DNA of 64,000 nucleotides from Anthoceros angustus (Eukaryota; Plantae; Anthocerotophyta): NCBI GenBank assembly GCA_010909165.1, contig VJWM01000126.1, positions 1 to 64,000 of the forward strand, read 5' to 3'. Shown piece by piece: positions 60,801 to 64,000 of this stretch (position 1 is its first letter; each line of letters starts with the position of its first letter). The notes under the pieces were generated by a model. It saw only the letters and a program-made list of their open reading frames with translations, ran no database searches and was not told where the DNA came from. The position numbers and the translations under genes were made by a program.

Positions 60801-63800
60801 GGAGAAGGTATCGATAATCCACACAGGACTTGCCACCAGCCTGGCCTTGTAGCGCTCTATGCTTTCATCAGCCTTGCGCTTAATCTTGAATGTCCATTTG
60901 GATCCTATGCTCTTCCTTCCGTGAGGTAGAGGAGTGATTGCCCAAGTTTTGTTCTTGAGAAGAGAGTTATACTCACTGTCCACGGCTTCTTTCCACTCCT
61001 TCGCCTTTGGTCCTTCCAATGCTTCCCTTAGGCTTTGTGGTTCAGATCCGCCAACCATGCCTCCTCATACACATGCATTCATGGATTCCAAGATCTTCTG
61101 AAGGTTTCCATTGTCTCGTTGATCTTCTCAAGATTGGTTGTCTCTCTCGAATACTTGAGCTTCCTCTTCTTCGTCAATTACGACAATGCTTTGATCTTCA
61201 TCTACTTCTCAATCGCGACATCGGGAATTTCCTTTCTCCCCTCTATGTCGCATTGTTGAGAAGGTTCGTTGGGCTCGAGCGTTGCTCAAGAGTGTCATCA
61301 TAGTCGAATCCTCATCGGGGTCGTCAACATACGCCGTCGGATCCTTCATGATAACCGGGGTTGGAGCTCCCACTCCTTTGATGGGTTCCACAACCTCATT
61401 AAATACAACGTCCTCGCTAAAATGATCTTCTTCCTTGAAAGATCATACAACCGTAGCCCTTAATCTCGAGAGTATCCAAGCATAAGGCACTTCACGCCTT
61501 TTGGATCCCATTTTGTTCGGGTTTGCTTGAACGTGAGCATAAACCATCGAACCAAAGATCCTCAAATGGCTTATGTCGGGCTTGACGCTGACCACGCTTC
61601 CTCGGTCATTCCAACAATAGCTTTGGTTGGAACTCGATTCAAAACATAGGTTCTTTGTAACAACCTCACCCCAAAACGCATTTCTTCCAAGCCACTATGA
61701 TGTAACATGCATTTAGCCTCCACGACTCCTAAGTTTGCGCTCCGCCACTCCATTTTGCTCCGGTGTGTGAGGGATGGTTAGTTGCCTTCCAATTCCATGC
61801 TCCTTGCAAAAGCGTTGGAAGTCAGTGGAGATGTATTCACCTCCGTTGTCACTACGCAAAGTCTTCAGACGTTGTCCACTTGCGTTCTCCACCATGGCTT
61901 TCCATTCCTTGAAGAGTGTAAATACCTGGGATTTCTCCTTCATAAGATATGTCCAGGTCTTCCTAGTGAAATCATCCACAAACACCAGAATGTAGCGGGC
62001 TCCGCCATGAGTGGGATTTTTCATTGGACCACACACATCCGTGTGTACCAACTCTAGCGCCATCTTTGCTCGTCAATTGCAATCTTGGGAACTTAGTTCG
62101 TGTAGCTTTCCCATTATGCACCCTTGGCATAATTGCGGCTCACCCACTTCTTTCAAATCCAAGCTGTAACCATATGTTGGTTCTTCATCAACTGATATTG
62201 TCCACACCAATGTGCCCTAGACGTTGATGCCATAAATCAATAGATCCAATGCTATTTTGCGAATCGTCCATAAAGGTGCAAGCTTGCCTTCCACGAAGCA
62301 CACAACTTGTACAAATTTCCTATTGGACGCCTAGCAATCACTTTAGCATTCGATAACTCAGTGCTTGATTGGATCCGAAATCCTTTGGAATTGAACACAA
62401 CCTCATGACTGCATCGGCAATTTTTGCGAAAGAAGATTCCTCGCAAGATGAGGCACATGATGCACGTCCTTAATACTGTAGATCCCTCCGGAAGATGGAC
62501 TCGTAACACTCCTCTTCCCTTGATGTCATGTGACCTATTGTCACCAAGCGCCACCGTATGCCCCTCCGCAATACCTCGTAGCTTGAGAACCAAGGAAGGT
62601 TATAAGCGAAATCTTTGGGATGCACCGAGTCAAGGTACAAACTCTCATCCTTCTTTGATGAAGTCGCTTGATCTCTTTCGGTGAAGCACGCCAAGATGTG
62701 TTCTTGGTCCTTCTCACGACTTGATTAGCTTGGGATGATTTCCTTCTTCAAGTCCGCCAATCTTATTTTACATCCTTTGCGTGGTGATTGGGCTTCCTAA
62801 TAACAAAAGCCTTTCACCTTTCTCTTTGCATCTGTATCCTTTGTCCCTTCTAGAGACTTGGCTTGAGGTCTTCCACCGTGATGTGCCCTTCTTGGAGAAG
62901 AGTGCCAAGCCTTCGTTGCCTTGTGTCCGGAAAGAACCATCAAGCTCCTCTTGTAGGAGTAATCTAACCACCTCATCAAAGGTTGGTTGATTGTCACTTG
63001 ACGCATCGCTACGGATGCCCTATAAGACAATAAAATTGCCTACATGATGGTGGCAAACTACTCGACACTGATCACCTTACCCTCCAAGGTTTGATCTCGC
63101 CTCCTCATTTGATCAACCAAGCTTTTCAACTTGTTGACATGTTGTTGAACGGTGTCGCCTCAACCATCTTGAAGTTGGAGAATTGACTTTCCAAAGATTT
63201 CGCTCACAATGCTCTTCTTCTCACGTTGTGCAAAGAATTTTCCATGCATCCTGCGAAGAGACACACTCGCTCAATTGTGAGAGAATGTCATCGACACATT
63301 CAGATAATATTAGCCAAGGCTTTCGCATCCTTGTCTATATCCTTTTTAAGCGCCATCCGGAAGTCCATTTTCCACAAACTTCCACAATCCTCATCGGGGT
63401 CGTCAACATACGCCGTCGGATCCTTCATGATAACCGGGGTTGGAGCTCCCACTCCTTTGATGGGTTCCACAACCTCATTAAATACAACGTCCCTCGCTAA
63501 AATGATCTTCTTCCTTGAAAGATCATACAACCTGAGCCCTTAATCTCGAGAGTATCCAAGCATAAGGCACTTCACGCCTTTTGGATCCCATTTTGTTCGG
63601 GTTTGCTTGAACGTGAGCATAAACCATCGAACCAAAGATCCTCAAATGGCTTATGTCGGGCTTGACGCTGACCACGCTTCCTCGGGTCATTCCAACAATA
63701 GCTTTGGTTGGAACTCGATTCAAAACATAGGTTCTTTGTAACAACCTCACCCCAAAACGCATCAAGCCACTATGATGTAACATGCATTTAGCGCCTCCAC

Positions 63801-64000
63801 AGACTCCTAAGTTTGCTCCGCCACTCCATTTTGCTCCGGTGTGAGGGATGGTTAGTTGCCTTCCAATTCCATGCTCCTTGCAAAAGCGTTGGAAGTCGGT
63901 GGAGATGTATTCACCTCCGTTGTCACTACGCAAAGTCTTGACGTTGTCCACTTGCGTTCTCCACCATGGCTTTCCATTCCTTGAAGAGTGTAAATACCAG
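57870..64000 (-). mobile_element. pol: Ty1/copia retrotransposon 2 with two internal tandem duplications (57508-59246 repeated from 59247; 61307-63385 repeated from 63386)
   Basis: gag KDAKALANII; protease YLDS; integrase LELVHTDVCGPM..LRSDNGGEY..EQNGVAERK; RT EPQSLREAL..YKARLVA and MDVLTAFLNGDL; RNase H SSTEAEY..KHIEVKHHFIREKV. Confidence 0.92.

Noticed and set aside
1-64000. rRNA, tRNA or prokaryotic/viral operons
   Set aside because: No recognisable structural-RNA or prokaryotic gene signatures were seen by eye; a covariance-model scan was not possible.

Overview
Eukaryotic, repeat-dense nested-transposon region, probably from a green plant. GT-AG introns, AAACCCTA telo-boxes and moss/liverwort-like retroelement proteins point to a non-seed streptophyte (inference). 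The sequence is indel-rich, like an unpolished long read, so most genes appear frameshifted and the ORF track fragments them. The backbone is one minus-strand Ty3/gypsy element: gag 52.5-55.3 kb, protease-RT-RNaseH 37.2-40.9 kb, RNaseH-integrase-PHD 21.3-23.5 kb. It is split by two oppositely oriented copies of a large element with no LTRs or TIRs: A at 23512-37222 (13.7 kb) and B at 40871-52503 (11.6 kb). Copy A is flanked by an exact 6-bp direct repeat (TTACGA). The element encodes an intron-rich Crypton/DUF3504-type tyrosine recombinase (YR) and a divergent multi-exon gene of unknown function that the ORF track misses. A third end of this element lies at 1-667. A second, divergent YR gene (about 17.8-18.8 kb) lies upstream of the same terminal hairpin (ending 20318). 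Also present: four alternately oriented paralogues of a coiled-coil/RING E3-ligase-like gene with a convergent partner (2.5-11 kb), two copia elements, an approximately 51.8-kb-period segmental duplication, and many private tandem duplications. No rRNA, tRNA or CRISPR array was seen. The best candidate for an undescribed system is the two-gene giant Crypton-like family that repeatedly inserts into a PHD-bearing gypsy element.
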